From Octopus vulgaris (taxonomy: Eukaryota): a stretch of 64,000 nt of DNA. The stretch is from positions 27,094,001-27,158,000 of the forward strand of contig OX597840.1 in the NCBI GenBank assembly GCA_951406725.2, written 5' to 3'. A program made the position numbers and the translations under genes. Numbering within the stretch: the stretch's first letter is position 1; every line of letters begins with the position of its first letter. Below are positions 12,590 to 26,344 of the stretch, piece by piece. The notes under the pieces were generated by a model. It was not told where the DNA came from, ran no database searches, and saw only the letters and a list, made by a program, of their open reading frames with translations.

Positions 12590-12905
12590 GGTACTTATTT
12601 GATCGCCCCCCAACGGATGAAAGGCAAATAATAGCAACATAATAGCAACGATATGTATTTGAAAGTCTATGAGACTTACTTAATAACATTTTGAAGTGTA
12701 AAGGTGACTGGCCCTCTATCCTAAAAACCTAGGGCCTTGTACCTAGAGTAGAAAAGAATTAATGTTAAGATATGTGGCATGTATATGTCACACTATTAAA
12801 AAAATATATAAAATCTTTTATCAGGATGTTATTAACCTTTTTGGGGAAGAAGACATTTTTTCTAGATTGTGAGCGGTTTCTTTTAACCTTTTCAAACACG
12901 AGTGC
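12590..12905 (-). repeat. Right arm of the inverted duplication, containing a ~105-bp insert matching 18157-18262
   Basis: 12705-12810 (gactggccctctatcctaaaaac…gtatatgtcacactattaaaaaaatatata) is nearly identical to 18157-18262. Confidence 0.85.
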
Positions 12906-12906
12906 T

Positions 12907-12961
<55 letters not shown>

Positions 12962-13065
12962 CGACCCCGAATGAATAAAAGGCAAAGTCGACCTCAAAAT
13001 ACAATCCAAAATACAATCCAAAAATACAATCCAACAATACAATCCAAAATACAATCCAAAAAAGA

Positions 13066-13623
13066 ATATTCAACAAAAAACGCTAATGGTGTCTGTTCGG
13101 TGGTCTAGCGCTGGTGTCATCCACTTCAGCTTCATAAGACCTGGTAAGTCAATTACAGCGGATGAATACATCAACCAATTGGATGAAATGTTGAGTGAAC
13201 TTGCAATTAAACAACCGAGATTGGTCAACAGAGACAGACCAATTCTCTTGCAAGACAATGCTCGACCACGTATTGCACAAAGAACGCTACTCAAGTTACA
13301 GTAACAGAACTTGGAAGTACTCTGTTATCCACCATATTCATCAGAACTTGCACCAACTTAGTATCATGTTTTCCAGGCATTAGACAACTTGTTGCAAGGA
13401 AAAAAAAAACTTGAAATCTAAAGAAGATACAAAAACAGCTTTTTGTGATTTCATCACCTCTTGCTCTCCAGAATTCTTCGCTGCCAACATAAATAATCTA
13501 CCGATAAAATGGCAAAATTGTGTTCATAATTTAGGTGCATACTTTGATTAACTGCTATGATTTTTTTGAGATAAAGTAAAATATACTTTCATTTCAAAAG
13601 CGGAGATTTCATTCTTAATGACA

Positions 13624-13629
<6 letters not shown>
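13066..13629 (+). pseudogene. Mariner (DD34D-type) transposase C-terminal fragment with probable 3' TIR
   Basis: …LMVSVRWSSAGVIHFSFIRPGKSITADEYINQLDEM…PILLQDNARP…LLKLQ*QNLEVLCYPPYSSELAPT*YHVFQALDNLLQGK/…LPIKWQNCVHNLGAYFD* (stop at 13549-13551). These match the mariner HDNARPH, YSPDLAPSD and GxYFD motifs. The element ends in (TA)n. Confidence 0.93.
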
Positions 13630-13663
<34 letters not shown>

Positions 13664-13829
13664 GGTCTGTCACGAGTCAACTTGATAGAAATACATTCTT
13701 GACTGCTATATTTTTCGGTAAGCAACCTGTTTGCCTTCCTTTCATATACAATATATACTGAACTTTAGTTCTCGGTAATATATTTACATCGAATTCTACA
13801 TAAATAATTGTTTTTAAAGTTATATATAT

Positions 13830-13933
<104 letters not shown>

Positions 13934-13937
13934 TATA

Positions 13938-14102
13938 GGCGCAGGAGTGGCTGTGTGGTAAGTAGCTTGCTAACCAACCACATGGTTCCGGGTTCAGTCC
14001 CACTGCGTGGCACCTTGGGCAAGTGTCTCCTACTATAGCCTCGGGCCGACCAAAGCCTTGTGAGTGGATTAGGTAGACGGAAACTGAAAGAAGCCCGTCG
14101 TA

Positions 14103-14151
<49 letters not shown>

Positions 14152-14360
14152 ATGTCTGTGTTTGTCCCCCTAGCATTGCTTGACAACCGATGCTGGTGTG
14201 CTTATGTCCCCGTCACTTAGCAGTTCGGCAAAAGAGAGCAATAGAATAAGTACTACGCTTACAAAGAATAAGTCCTGGGGTCGATATGCTCGACTAAAAA
14301 AGGCGGTGCTCCAGCATGGCCGCAGTCAAATGACTGAAATAAGTAAAAGAGTAAAAGAGT
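13938..14360 (+). mobile_element. SINE family B, full length
   Basis: ggcgcaggagtggctgtgtggtaag (A-box), gggttcagtccc (B-box), CORE-like ccttgggcaagt, internal (TA)n, tail ending (gtaaaaga)n. Confidence 0.92.
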
Positions 14361-15111
14361 ATACGTATATGTGTGTGTGTGTGTGTGTGCGTGTGTGTGA
14401 CTACGTGTATCTGTGTGTTTGTGTCAGTGTGTTTGTGTGTGCGCGAGCGCGTATTTTAGCAAAAACATTTTATGCAAAGGCGAAAGTCAGAAATATACGC
14501 TAGATACAGGACACATATGTTTATGATACCGCTTAGAATAATCACGAAGCGTGTCTAAGGGTTAGCAAAATGAGTTCTACGTGGTTAGATTCATTCTTTG
14601 AAGCTTGTTTCCGTGCTGTGTAGCTGTGAAGCTGGAGAATTGTCTATCGCTGAAGTGAGATTTAATGTTAAGAACCGCTGAATACGCAAATACAATTGCC
14701 ATCAAATGGAAAGCTATCACGATCACTACAATTGCAAATAGATGCAGTGTTTGAATTCTGTCCGTTATTTTTGTTACTGTTGCTGTTGTTGTTATCCTTA
14801 TTGTGATCGTGCTTGTTATTATAGTTATTGTTGATGAAATCTTATTGTTCTTCATGTCGTCGTCGTGGTTACTACCGTTGTCATTCGGAAGTATATGCTA
14901 CGGAATTTTACCATGCAATGTAGCTAACATTTACGAAGTTCTGTTTCACATTTTCGTTTGCCAAAAAGGTCAGATATTCGCTGAAAGAACAACTGGGTTG
15001 TCCAGAAAGTTCGTGCCGATTTATAGTAGCTTACCTTTCGACTTATTTTAGAACATGGTTGAGTCCATAAAATAGGATTTGACTACACCTCCAAGGTGTA
15101 GTCAAGGCTTT

Positions 15112-15416
15112 TTTGTTTGTTCCTTCTCAAGCCACACCTGGCTCATAAGGGCCGGTTTCCCGGTTTCCTTGGCATATAGGTTCCCCACCTGGACGGGACG
15201 CCGGTCCGTCGCAGGTGAGCTGCATGATGCAGGAGGAAAGAGTGAGAGAATGTTGTGGCGAAAGAGTCAGCAGAAGTTTCGCTATTACCTTCTGCTGGAG
15301 CCGCGTCGAGCTTAGGTGTTTCGCACATAAACACACACATCGTCCGGTCTGAGATTCGAACCCGCGATCCCTCGACCGCGTGTCCGCTGCTCTAACCACT
15401 AGGCCATGTGCCTCCA
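15112..15416 (-). mobile_element. tRNA-derived SINE family D with 13-bp TSD
   Basis: The minus strand begins ggaggcacatggcctagtggttagagcagcggac…gggttcgaatctc and has a tail with cctgcgacggaccggcgtcccgtccagg. TSD is tagtcaaggcttt (15099-15111) / tagtcaaggtttt (15418-15430). It lies next to a minus-strand family B head (15421-15546). Confidence 0.88.
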
Positions 15417-15979
15417 TTAGTCAAGGTTTTGATCAGTCCTGAGGGTATAGTAGAAGACAGTTGTTCAAGGTGCCACACGGTGGGATTGAACCGGGAACCA
15501 TGTGGTTGGGAAGCGAGCTTCTTTGTACACAGCCACGTCTGCGCCTATGATATCGCTAAACTAGTCACGAAGCGCGTCTAAAGGTTAGCAAAAAAGAGAT
15601 TTACTTTGATAGAGTCGTGCTTTAAAGCTTGTCCTTGCGATGTGAAATCAGATACGCCCGACTTCTGTTGTAAAAGGGTTAATTTATTATAAATAAGCCA
15701 TGCTTTCGTCGGTCTTACACTAAGGTTAAAAGTTATTTGTAATAAGCTTGAGAGTTTTGTCTTAAAAACTGGCAACGGTGAGGATAGATTCTATTTGCAT
15801 ACGTAATCCTCTTTCATAGAAGAATTCCATTAAATACTTTCCAAATCAATCAATTTTGTGTCTGCTTGTGACTTTTGGTATTAATAACTCAACGTTTGTG
15901 TACATTCCACCTTTGATAGAAGAGTATAAATATTTTGTTATAGGTTTACAGTGTAAAATGCTGTGAGTGCTTGCAATGG

Positions 15980-16212
15980 AATACCTATTTCTTTATTACC
16001 CACAAGGGGCTAAACATAGAGGTGGACAAACAAGGACAGACATAGATATTAAGTCGATTACATCGACCCCAGTGCGCGACTGGTACTTAATTTATCGACC
16101 ACGAAAGGATGAAAGGCAAAGTCAACCTCGACGGAATTTGAACTCAGAACATAGCGGCGGGCGAAATACCACAAAGCATTTCGCCCGGCGTGCTAACGTT
16201 TCTGCCAGCTCG
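15980..16212 (-). mobile_element. SINE family A, single unit
   Basis: Reverse complement of family A; the 3' end reads aataaagaaata|ggtattcc. Confidence 0.87.
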
Positions 16213-16672
16213 TTTCTGTCAGATAAACAATTAGAGAAGCAAACATTTGGATGTCAAATAAATTCGTCCATTTTTGTTACTTTTTTTCTTTTTTATTTAT
16301 TCATTTATTTTCAGTTAATCATTTCTAATATTCTTTAAATTAACACGAAAATACATTTTCGTCGTAGCGTTTCATGGAATTCTTGTGGTTCTGTTCTCCC
16401 TCCTCTTCAACTTTATGCTTCATCATTTTTGAAATTTCAATAAATTTCCCCGCTTTTCAAACATATGAAGATGGATTGCCAAGGTTGTCCGATAAATTCG
16501 TTCCTTTCTTCTCAGCGTTTCTTCAATGAACCCATCATAGAGTTCTATGGCGTTTTGCAGCTCTGTTCTTCCTCTAAAACTTTTGTATATCGCTTTCGAA
16601 ATTTGAATAACTTTTACCTCTTTTCAAATATACGACGATGGGATGCCAAACAGAAAATAGAACGAACGAATA

Positions 16673-16795
16673 TATAGGGTGATTCAAAAGACTGCATGCA
16701 TAGGAAAAATTTATTTTTTTATAAGAGACAGTTTATAAGATCCCTTAGATCTCCTGATCTGACCCCTCTTGATTTCTGTCTTTAGGGGCATTTGT
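16673..16795 (+). pseudogene. IS630-Tc1-mariner remnant: TIR-like start plus catalytic motif fragment
   Basis: TA-tagggtgattcaaaa resembles a TIR start. 16748-16795 translates RSPDLTPLDFCL*GHL, matching the WPPRSPDLTPLDFFLWG motif. Confidence 0.65.
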
Positions 16796-17619
16796 TTAGT
16801 GGATGTATGAGTGTTTTCCGCAATATGTATTGACTCTAAGGAACACTTTTGCCCCTGATAGAACACATTTTCGAAATACGAATCTACAAGTATAGATGTT
16901 CATTTTTTTTTTCTGGCCTGCAAAAACGTTTACCAACTGATTTATTGAACTATATTTAGCTTTCCAGAGAGAGTGGGGAGATAGAAAGAGAAAGAGAGAG
17001 ATAGAAACATACAGACAGACAGAGACAGAGACAGACAGACAGACAAACTGGCAAACAGTAAGTGAGAGAGAGATGATTAATCTATCATACATATAATATC
17101 GCTTGGTTTCTTCTGGTCCACGCACAACCAAATCCCTTGGCTCCGCTCTGATTTGTAGCTAATTGAGAAAAAAACTTATCTACAAGAACTCGATAGATCT
17201 TATAAATTCCTGTAAGAAGAACGTACCGAAATAACTTTATCTATTAGAAACCGCTCTAACATGAAAGAAACTCTTTGCTTTGGTCGAATACGGCTTCTAC
17301 AGAGCATCGCGTCCATGTTTGTAACGCTTCCAAAACATTTTTTGTAAAATTTCTTATTACATTCGTCTTTCGTTCACTGGAATACAAACGCTTCTTGCTT
17401 GCACCGAGTTTTACCAGAATATGTTGTATCGATCTATTTTATTTTACCATTTTTAATTTATTTTGTTTGGTTTTGTATTGTTTATTATCAGTTCATGCAC
17501 GAACTGGTGTAGGCAAGAATGAATGCAGTTTCCTTAAGATGCATATCTGCATGACTTGTCATGCATATGTTGTGTGCGTCCGTGTAAATACAAAGGCGAA
17601 AAAATAAATGTTAAGATAT

Positions 17620-18212
17620 AAGGCGGCGAGCTGGCAGAAACGTTAGCCCGCCGGGCGAAATGCTTAGCGGTATTTCGTCTGCCGTTACGTTCTGAGTTCA
17701 AATTCCGCCGAGGTCGACTTTGCCTTTCATTCTTTCGGGGGTCGATAAATTAAGTACCAGTTACGCATTGCGGTCGATGTAATCGACTTAATCCGTTTGT
17801 CTGTCCTTGTTTGTCCCCTCTGTATTTAGCCCCTTGTGGGTAATAAAGAAATAGGTATTTCGTCTGCCGTTACGTTCTGAGTTCAAATTCCACCGAGGTC
17901 GACTTTGCCTTTCATTCTTTCGGGGGTCGATAAATTAAGTACTAGTTACGCACTGGGGTCGATATAATCGACTTAATCCGTTTGTCTGTCTGTCCTTGTT
18001 TGTCCTCTCTATGTTTAGCCCCTTGTGGGTAGTAAAGAAATAGTTATTTCGTCTGCCGCTACGTTGTGAGTTCAAATTCCGCCGAGGTCGATTTTGCCTT
18101 TCATCCTTTCGGGGTCGATAAATTAAGTACCAGTTGCGCACTGGGGTGGATCTAATTGACTGGCCCTTTATCCTAAAAACTTCGGGCCTTGTACCTAGAG
18201 TAGAAAAGAATT
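17620..18212 (+). mobile_element. SINE family A concatemer: head + 2 type-1 units + terminal unit with type-2 tail
   Basis: Junctions aaagaaata|ggtatttcgtc (~17853) and aaagaaata|gttatttcgtc (~18042). The last unit ends ggccttgtacctagagtagaaaagaatt. Confidence 0.9.
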
Positions 18213-18377
18213 AATGTTAAGATATGTGCCGTGTATATGTCACACTATTAAAAAAAATATATAGGTTTGCAACTTATATACGAGAAAAAGCTAAAACTAT
18301 GGAGGAAAAAAATTGTACCAAGATTTAACAGCAAATAAGGGTGCGACTTATACACGAGTAAATACGGAAAATAGATG

Positions 18378-19323
18378 GCGCTTCGTCGGTAACGACGACG
18401 AGCGTTCGAGTTGATTGGATCAAAGGAACAGCCTATTCGTGAATTTAACTTGCAAGTGGCTGAGCACTCCACAGACACGTGTAGCCACAATGTAGTTCTC
18501 AGGGAGATACAGAATGAAACAGAATGTGACAAGGTTGGTCCTTTTGAATTAAAGGTACTACTTATTTTTTATAAGGCAGTGAACTGGCAGAAACGTTAGC
18601 ACGCCGGACGAAATGCTTAGCGGTATTTCGTCTGCCGTTACGTTCTGAGTTCAAATTCCGCCGAGGTCGACTTCGCCTTTCATTCTTTCGGGAGTCGATA
18701 AATTAAGTACCAGTTACGCACTGGTGTCGATGTAATCGACTTAGTCCGTTTGTCTGTCCTTGTTTGTCCCCTCTGTGTTTAGCCCCTTGTGGGTAGTAAA
18801 GAAATAGGCATTTCGTCTGTCGTTACGTTCTGAGTTCAAATTCCGCCGAGGTCCACTTTGCCTTCCATTCTTTCGGGAGTCGATAAATTAAGTACCAGTT
18901 ACGCATTGGGGTCGATATAATCGACTTAGTCCGTTTGTCTGTCCTTGTTTGTCCCCTCTGTGTTTAGCCCCTTGTGGGTAGTAAAGAAATAGGCATTTCG
19001 TCTGTCGTTACGTTCTGAGTTCAAATTCCGCCGAGGTCCACTTTGCCTTTCATCCTTTCGGGGGTCGATAAATTATGTACCAGTTACGCATTGGAGTCGA
19101 TGTAATCGACTTAGTCCGTTTGTCTGTCCTTGTTTGTTCCCTCTGTGTTTAGCCGCTTGTGGGTGGAAAGAAATAGGTACAACTCATTTTTGCCAGGTGA
19201 GTGAACTGGACAACGTGAAAATAAAACTGTCTGGCTCAAGGATTCAAAGCTCCACAGGGAAATTGAACTCAAAACCTTACAACCGTGAGTCGAATACGCT
19301 AAGCACTAAACCACGCAACTTCA
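18378..19323 (-). mobile_element. Older SINE (tRNA head + CORE-like domain + family C tail) split by a family A array
   Basis: C-type tail at 18378-18570 and CORE/head at 19175-19323. The TSD-like aggtactacttattttt / aggtacaactcattttt flanks the insertion. Confidence 0.72.
18573..19178 (+). mobile_element. SINE family A concatemer, head + 3 units
   Basis: Three ~185-bp units. Units 2 and 3 share the variants gcatttcgtctgtcg and gaggtccac. Confidence 0.9.
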
Positions 19324-19646
19324 CGGTAAACATGGCCATTCGTGTGCACGTGTATACGCGCGTGTGATAACGTATTTGTATGAACAAGACTTCAATTTCA
19401 TTTTACGTTACCTATGATCACGCGCGTGAAATATGGACATTGATGCATCGATATCGAAAGATATGCAATGACAACAGAAATCAAAGCACGCATGCATTTG
19501 GTGCACGTTTAAGTGCAAGCATGCAGATGTGTCAATATCGAATAAGTGTACATGCGCTCGTGACACCGCGTATGTAAGTAGGAAAGACAAGGTTATGCGA
19601 ATAGACATGTGTGGGTCTGCATACGTGCATATGCACATGTACGGAC

Positions 19647-19707
19647 ATCTATCCATCTGTCTATCTATCTATCTGTCTATCCATCGGTCTATCTATCTAT
19701 CCATCTG

Positions 19708-19773
<66 letters not shown>

Positions 19774-19779
19774 CATCTG

Positions 19780-19838
<59 letters not shown>

Positions 19839-19843
19839 GTCTG

Positions 19844-19909
<66 letters not shown>

Positions 19910-19919
19910 CATCTGTCTG

Positions 19920-19986
<67 letters not shown>

Positions 19987-20040
19987 GTCTATCTATCTAT
20001 CTATCTATTTATCTATCCATCTGTCTGTCTATCTATCTAT
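19647..20040. repeat. (TATC)n microsatellite
   Basis: Direct reading. Confidence 0.95.
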
Positions 20041-20059
20041 AACGATCCCTATTGATCAA

Positions 20060-20275
20060 TTTTTTTCCTCTCCCCCTTTTTTTTTAACCCCCCTTTTTTG
20101 TCCTCTTTCTCTCCTTTTACGATCCCTTTTGATCGACTCCCCCTTTTTTTATTTTATTTTTATTTTATTTTTTTTTTTTTTTACTTTTTTTATTTTTTAA
20201 ACCTTCAAAAGAAAAGCTCTACCTTGTAATTTGTTCTATCTGTGTGCAGCCCTGTGTGGCTAATAAAGAAACATA
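20060..20275 (+). mobile_element. LINE-like 3' end embedded in (TATC)n
   Basis: Pyrimidine-rich UTR, then aaaccttcaaaagaaaagctctaccttgtaatttgttctatctgtgtgcagccctgtgtggctAATAAAgaaaca. An inverted copy lies at 21006-21186. Confidence 0.65.
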
Positions 20276-20575
20276 TCTATCTATTATCTACCTATCTATC
20301 TACCTTTAACTATCTATCTATCCACCTTTATGGAGGATAGAAATAACTGAAGCAGGTAAAAGAATGAAAGAATAAAAGAATATATATAAGTACCTGTTAC
20401 GCATTGGGGTCGACGTAATCGAATTAATCCCTTTGTTTGTCCCCTCTGTGTTTAGCCCCCTGAAGGCAATAAAGAAACATATATATATATATACATACAT
20501 ATATCCTCTATTTACATAATATCGAGTTCTCTTTCATTCTTTTGTTGTTTACCAGTTTTATCAATATATATATAT

Positions 20576-20683
20576 CATCATCATCATCATCATCATCATC
20601 ATCGATTAACGTCCGCTTTCCATGCTAGCATGGGTTGGACGGTTCAACTGGGGTCTGGGAAGCCCGAAAGCTGCACCAGGCCC
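20576..20683 (-). mobile_element. 3' end of a retroposon with an RTE-like tail and (GAT)n
   Basis: The minus strand reads …ccgtccaacccatgctagcatggaaagcggacgttaatcg(atg)n. RTE affinity is recalled, not searched. Confidence 0.55.
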
Positions 20684-20714
<31 letters not shown>

Positions 20715-20826
20715 TATTAAAAGGTGACCTAGACAGATAGATAGAGAGAGAGAGAGGGAGAGAGAGAGATAGACAGACAAACAGACAGGCAGATAGGTTA
20801 ATTGATTGATAGATTGATAGATGGAG

Positions 20827-20983
<157 letters not shown>

Positions 20984-21005
20984 AAAAGATAGATAGATAG
21001 ATAGA

Positions 21006-21183
21006 TATGTTTCTTTATTAGCCACACAGGGCTGCACACAGATAGAACAAATTACAAGGTAGAGCTTTTCTTTTGAAGGTTTAAAAAAAAAAAAAAAGGA
21101 AGGGGGAGTTTCGATCAAAAGGGATCGTAAAAGGGGAGAAAGAGGACAAAAAAAGGTGGGTTAAAAAAAAAGGGGGAGAGGAA

Positions 21184-21186
<3 letters not shown>
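21006..21186 (-). mobile_element. Inverted second copy of the LINE-like 3' end, within (GATA)n
   Basis: tgtttctttattagccacacagggctgcacacagatagaacaaattacaaggtagagcttttcttttgaaggttt is the exact reverse complement of 20199-20273. Confidence 0.7.
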
Positions 21187-21232
<46 letters not shown>

Positions 21233-21233
21233 A

Positions 21234-21328
<95 letters not shown>

Positions 21329-21694
21329 GGCGGTCGGATGAAGGGACGAACGGACGGATGGATGAACAGATAGTCAGGCAGACAGACAGCTATGTATATT
21401 AGTGTGTATGTCTTCGTCGTACCTGTATGCATTACGAGAGAAGACACGAAAGAGGCGAACTTTGATGGAAAGAAGGAAGTAAAGAGGAAAATTGCATTCC
21501 AGTGAGAAGTTTGCTTTGAATTGCGGCAGCAGCGACAGTTGGAACGATTGCTCAATGCCAGCTTCTTCGGCTTCCATCAATCATACAGGCAAAACCACTT
21601 GTCGCACCTAGCCTCTCTCTCTCTCATTCTCTCTTTCTCTCTCTCTCTCTTTCTCTCTCTGCACACATGAGGACTATGAAGCTGATAGCGATAG

Positions 21695-21841
21695 TGGAGA
21701 TGATGGTGATGGTTATGGTGGTGGTTATGGTGGTGGTTATGGCAATAATGGTGATGATGATGGTGATCATGATGATGGTGATCATGATGATGGTGATCAT
21801 GATGATGGTGATCATGATGGTGATCATGATGATGGTGGTGG

Positions 21842-21872
<31 letters not shown>

Positions 21873-21967
21873 GGTGATGAAGATGATGATGATGATGATG
21901 ATGGTGATGGTGATGATGATGATGATGGTGATGGTGATGGTGATGATGATGATGGTGATGATGATGG

Positions 21968-22038
<71 letters not shown>

Positions 22039-22054
22039 GTGACGATGATGATAG

Positions 22055-22101
<47 letters not shown>

Positions 22102-22160
22102 GTGACGATGATTATGGTGATGGTGTTGGTGATGATGAAGATGACGAGGAGGAGGAGGAG
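21695..22160. repeat. (GAT/GGT)n trinucleotide tract
   Basis: Direct reading; source of the poly-M ORF. Confidence 0.95.
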
Positions 22161-22586
22161 GAACGAGGAAGGGGAGGGGATTGCGACAACTTAAATGTCG
22201 CTAGGCATTTCGTCCGGCGTGCTAACGTTTCTACCAGCTCGCCGCTTTATGTTGAAAGTTTACCTGCCGCTCAACGATAGTTAGGAAAAAATTAGCAAAA
22301 GCCTTCTACGAATTTTTTGGTTTCACGGTATTCCTCAGTTGAACATATTCCACAATTGCTTCTCGTTGAATCAGTTACAATTGGATATTCACGAGAATTC
22401 AGTGATGGCAGCAGCAGAGGTTCGCTAACATTATTTTCGGCGTCTCTTGTGACAGATTTTGGCAAATTCTCAGTGCTTTGAGATCAATTGGCGTCACAAG
22501 AGTTGGAATAAAAATTACTTTCTGTGGTAGCCATTTTTTCTTCTGACAGAAGCTTGTTAAGAAACCACACAGAAGTAATATATATA

Positions 22587-22645
<59 letters not shown>

Positions 22646-22663
22646 TTCTCCATTACTTTCTTC

Positions 22664-22732
<69 letters not shown>

Positions 22733-22845
22733 TTTCTCTATTTCCTAGATTTTATAGGTTTGTATCTCGGTTGAGTCTAAATAGGATTTACGACTGGAAA
22801 TGTTGAAGGTGAAGGGTTATTTGTTGCGGATATTTACTACAAACT

Positions 22846-23060
22846 AAGGCGGCGAGTTGGTAGAATCGTTAGCACGCTGGGCAAAATTTTTAGCAGCATT
22901 TTGTCGGTCTTTACGTTCTGAGTTCACATTACACCGAAGTCGACTTTATCTTTCATCCTATCGGGGGTCGATAAAATAAGTACAAGTTGAGCATTGCGGC
23001 CGATGTAATCGACTGGCTCCCTTTCCTCAAAACTTCAGACCTATAATAGAAAAAATCCCT
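22846..23060 (+). mobile_element. SINE family A, diverged, type-2 tail + (TTA)n
   Basis: aaggcggcgagttggtagaatcgttagcacg…cttcagacctataatagaaaa. Confidence 0.8.
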
Positions 23061-23080
23061 TATTATTATTATTATTAATA

Positions 23081-23133
<53 letters not shown>

Positions 23134-23135
23134 GT

Positions 23136-23555
23136 TAAGGCGGTGAGCTGGCAGAATCGTTAGCACGCCGGACGAAATGCGTAGCAGTATTTCGTCTGCC
23201 GTTGCGTTCTGAGTTCAAATTCCGCCGAGGTCGACTTTGCCTTTCATTCTTTCGGGGTCGTTAAATTAAGTACCAGTTACGCACTGAGGTCGATGTAATC
23301 GACTTAATCCGTGTGTTTGTCCTTGTTTGTCCTCTCTATGTTTAGCCCCTTCTGGGTAGTAAAGAAATAGGTATTTCGTCCGTCTTTACGTTCTGAGTTC
23401 AAATTCCGCCCAGGTCGACTTTGCCTTTCATCCTTTCGGGGACAATAAAGTAAGTAAGACCCAGTAAAACAGTGGGGGTCGATGTAAACGACTTATCCCA
23501 CCCCACCCCCTCGCAAGCACCACGAAATTGCTGTCCTTGGAACTGATATTTAGAA
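23136..23555 (+). mobile_element. SINE family A: head + type-1 unit + diverged terminal unit with type-2-like tail
   Basis: Junction aaagaaata|ggtatttcgtc at about 23370. Confidence 0.85.
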
Positions 23556-24265
23556 AGTTTCATGCACAATCGAAGTTGGTTTCGTTTTTCATATTTCAGT
23601 TGATCTCCGCTCTTGTCTCTCCTACACCCAGGTATTTGGGAGGCGGGGAGAGCGGGAGGGGGCGGGGTGACCTTTTAGGAAAAGGAATTTTGAAGTTCAT
23701 ATTTGAAAGTAAACAGGAAATTAGGATGATATAAAAGAAATACGTGTAGAGAGGTTTTTGCTATAAAAACACCGTGATATTAAAATATGTGAGATATTAC
23801 ACAGCATCACGAAACCAATCCCAGTTCTGAAGAAATATGAACTATGCTCGTTTATATACGTGCATATATAGATATGTGTATATATATATGTGTATATATA
23901 TATATATATATACATATATATACAGAGAGAGGGAGAGATACATAGATATAGACTTATATATATATGTATATATATATAGGTATATCCATATACATATACA
24001 TATATATATAAATATATATACATATACACAAATACATATATATATATATATACACATATACGTAGCCATATATATGCGTATACATATACATACACACGCA
24101 TATATATAGACATACATATAAATGTATGTATACATATATACATACATATACATACATATATATATACTCATATACATATATATACATATACATGTATATA
24201 TACATATATATATATATATGTATGTATATTCGTATACATATATATATATATATTTATATATACGT

Positions 24266-24318
<53 letters not shown>

Positions 24319-24810
24319 TATCTATACATATACATATGCACACATATATCTATGTATATGTGTGTAGGTATCTGCATATATATATATGTGTGAGTATATG
24401 TATGCATATATATATATGCCTGTGTATATGCATATACACGAATATATGTATATGTATACACGTGTGTGCATAAATATATATATACACACACACACACATT
24501 TATATACTTGATATAGAACAAACTAAAATTAAAAACAAGATAAAAATTATTTCTGTCATTACAATAAATACGATGATGATGATTGTTATCATCATCATCG
24601 TCAGCGCTTTCATCATCATCATCATCGTCATCATTATCATCATCATCACCACCACCCGTATCACCATCATCATTTTCTAGTGACGTCATCAGTACCTCTC
24701 AGTAAGAAATTCAATCTGGAGCTAAATTATTCAGCACTAGAATTATGATACAAACGTACGAGATTATAAATTACAGAGACGAACGCACTGTAATAATAAT
24801 AATAATAATA

Positions 24811-24846
<36 letters not shown>

Positions 24847-25096
24847 GTTGTTGTTGTTGTTATTATTATTATTGTCCACACTCATAGTTTAACGTCATAG
24901 TAACGTAAACCAGACTAAAGAGAAAATATTCCATTATATATGCGTATGTGTGTTTATGTTTGTGTATATATAGGATGTATATACATCATATACATACATA
25001 TATATATATATGTATAGAATTTAATATAAAATATAAATTACAAAGTGGGACAAGAACGCAAAAACACACAAGGAGACGACACAAAAAACCGACGGG

Positions 25097-25135
<39 letters not shown>

Positions 25136-25151
25136 GTATATATATATATAC

Positions 25152-25212
<61 letters not shown>

Positions 25213-25358
25213 GAAATAGAAAGATGAATAATCTTGTTGCAGATTAATCAAAAGTTTAACCGATACCTTGGTAGCAAAAATCACAGCAGAAGACAGCACG
25301 GTTGGAGGTACAACCATATGGTGTTGCAACCGTGCGTTGGTGCGGATAATTGAATTTT

Positions 25359-25750
<392 letters not shown>

Positions 25751-25842
25751 TATATGTACATATATATATGTATAAATGCATATATATATACATATATATT
25801 TATGTATAATTATGTATATATATACATATATATATATAAGCA

Positions 25843-26008
25843 AAGCTTTGTGAGTGGATTTGGAAAACGGAAACTGAAAGAAGCTCTAGGTTTTGGTCGG
25901 CCCGAGGCTGTAGTAGAAGACACTTGCCCAAGGTGTCACGCAGTGGGATTGAACCCGGAACCATGTGATTGGTAACCAAGCTACTTACCACATAGCCACT
26001 CCTGCGCC
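25843..26008 (-). mobile_element. SINE family B head with an internal inversion
   Basis: 25843-25886 is plus-oriented (aaagctttgtgagtggatttgg…gaaagaagc) and is joined to a minus-oriented head at 25888-26008. Confidence 0.75.
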
Positions 26009-26021
26009 TATATATACGTAT

Positions 26022-26205
26022 GGTATTTCGTCTGTCCTTACGTTCTGAGTTCAAATTCCGCCGAGGTCGACTTTGCCTTTCATCCTTTCGGGGTCGATTA
26101 ATAAAGTACCAGTTACGCACTGGGGTCGATGTAATCGACTTAATCCCTTTGTCTGTCCTTGTTTGTCCCCTCTGTCTTTAGCCCCTTGTGGGTAGTAAAG
26201 AAATA
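26022..26205 (+). mobile_element. Headless family A unit starting exactly at ggtatttcgtctg
   Basis: One unit with no A-box head upstream. Confidence 0.85.
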
Positions 26206-26303
26206 TATATATACGTGTGTGTGTGTGTGTGCGTGTGTGTCTGTGTGCGTGTGTGTGCATGTATTTGTATGTATGTTTGTGTGTGTTCTTGCGTGTGTTT
26301 GTG

Positions 26304-26344
<41 letters not shown>

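Noticed and set aside
15345-15416. tRNA gene candidates (also 3120-3193, 37160-37233 and 7261-7320)
   Set aside because: A and B boxes are present, but the sequences continue into SINE bodies, some have TSDs, and I could not build a convincing cloverleaf.
21667-22194. Poly-M ORF (likewise the poly-D/M ORFs at 54256-55028 and the poly-E ORF at 63032-63439)
   Set aside because: Microsatellite translations.
22444-22502. miRNA-like hairpin (ctcttgtgac…gtcacaagag)
   Set aside because: Only 10 bp of clean stem; the inner pairing is poor.
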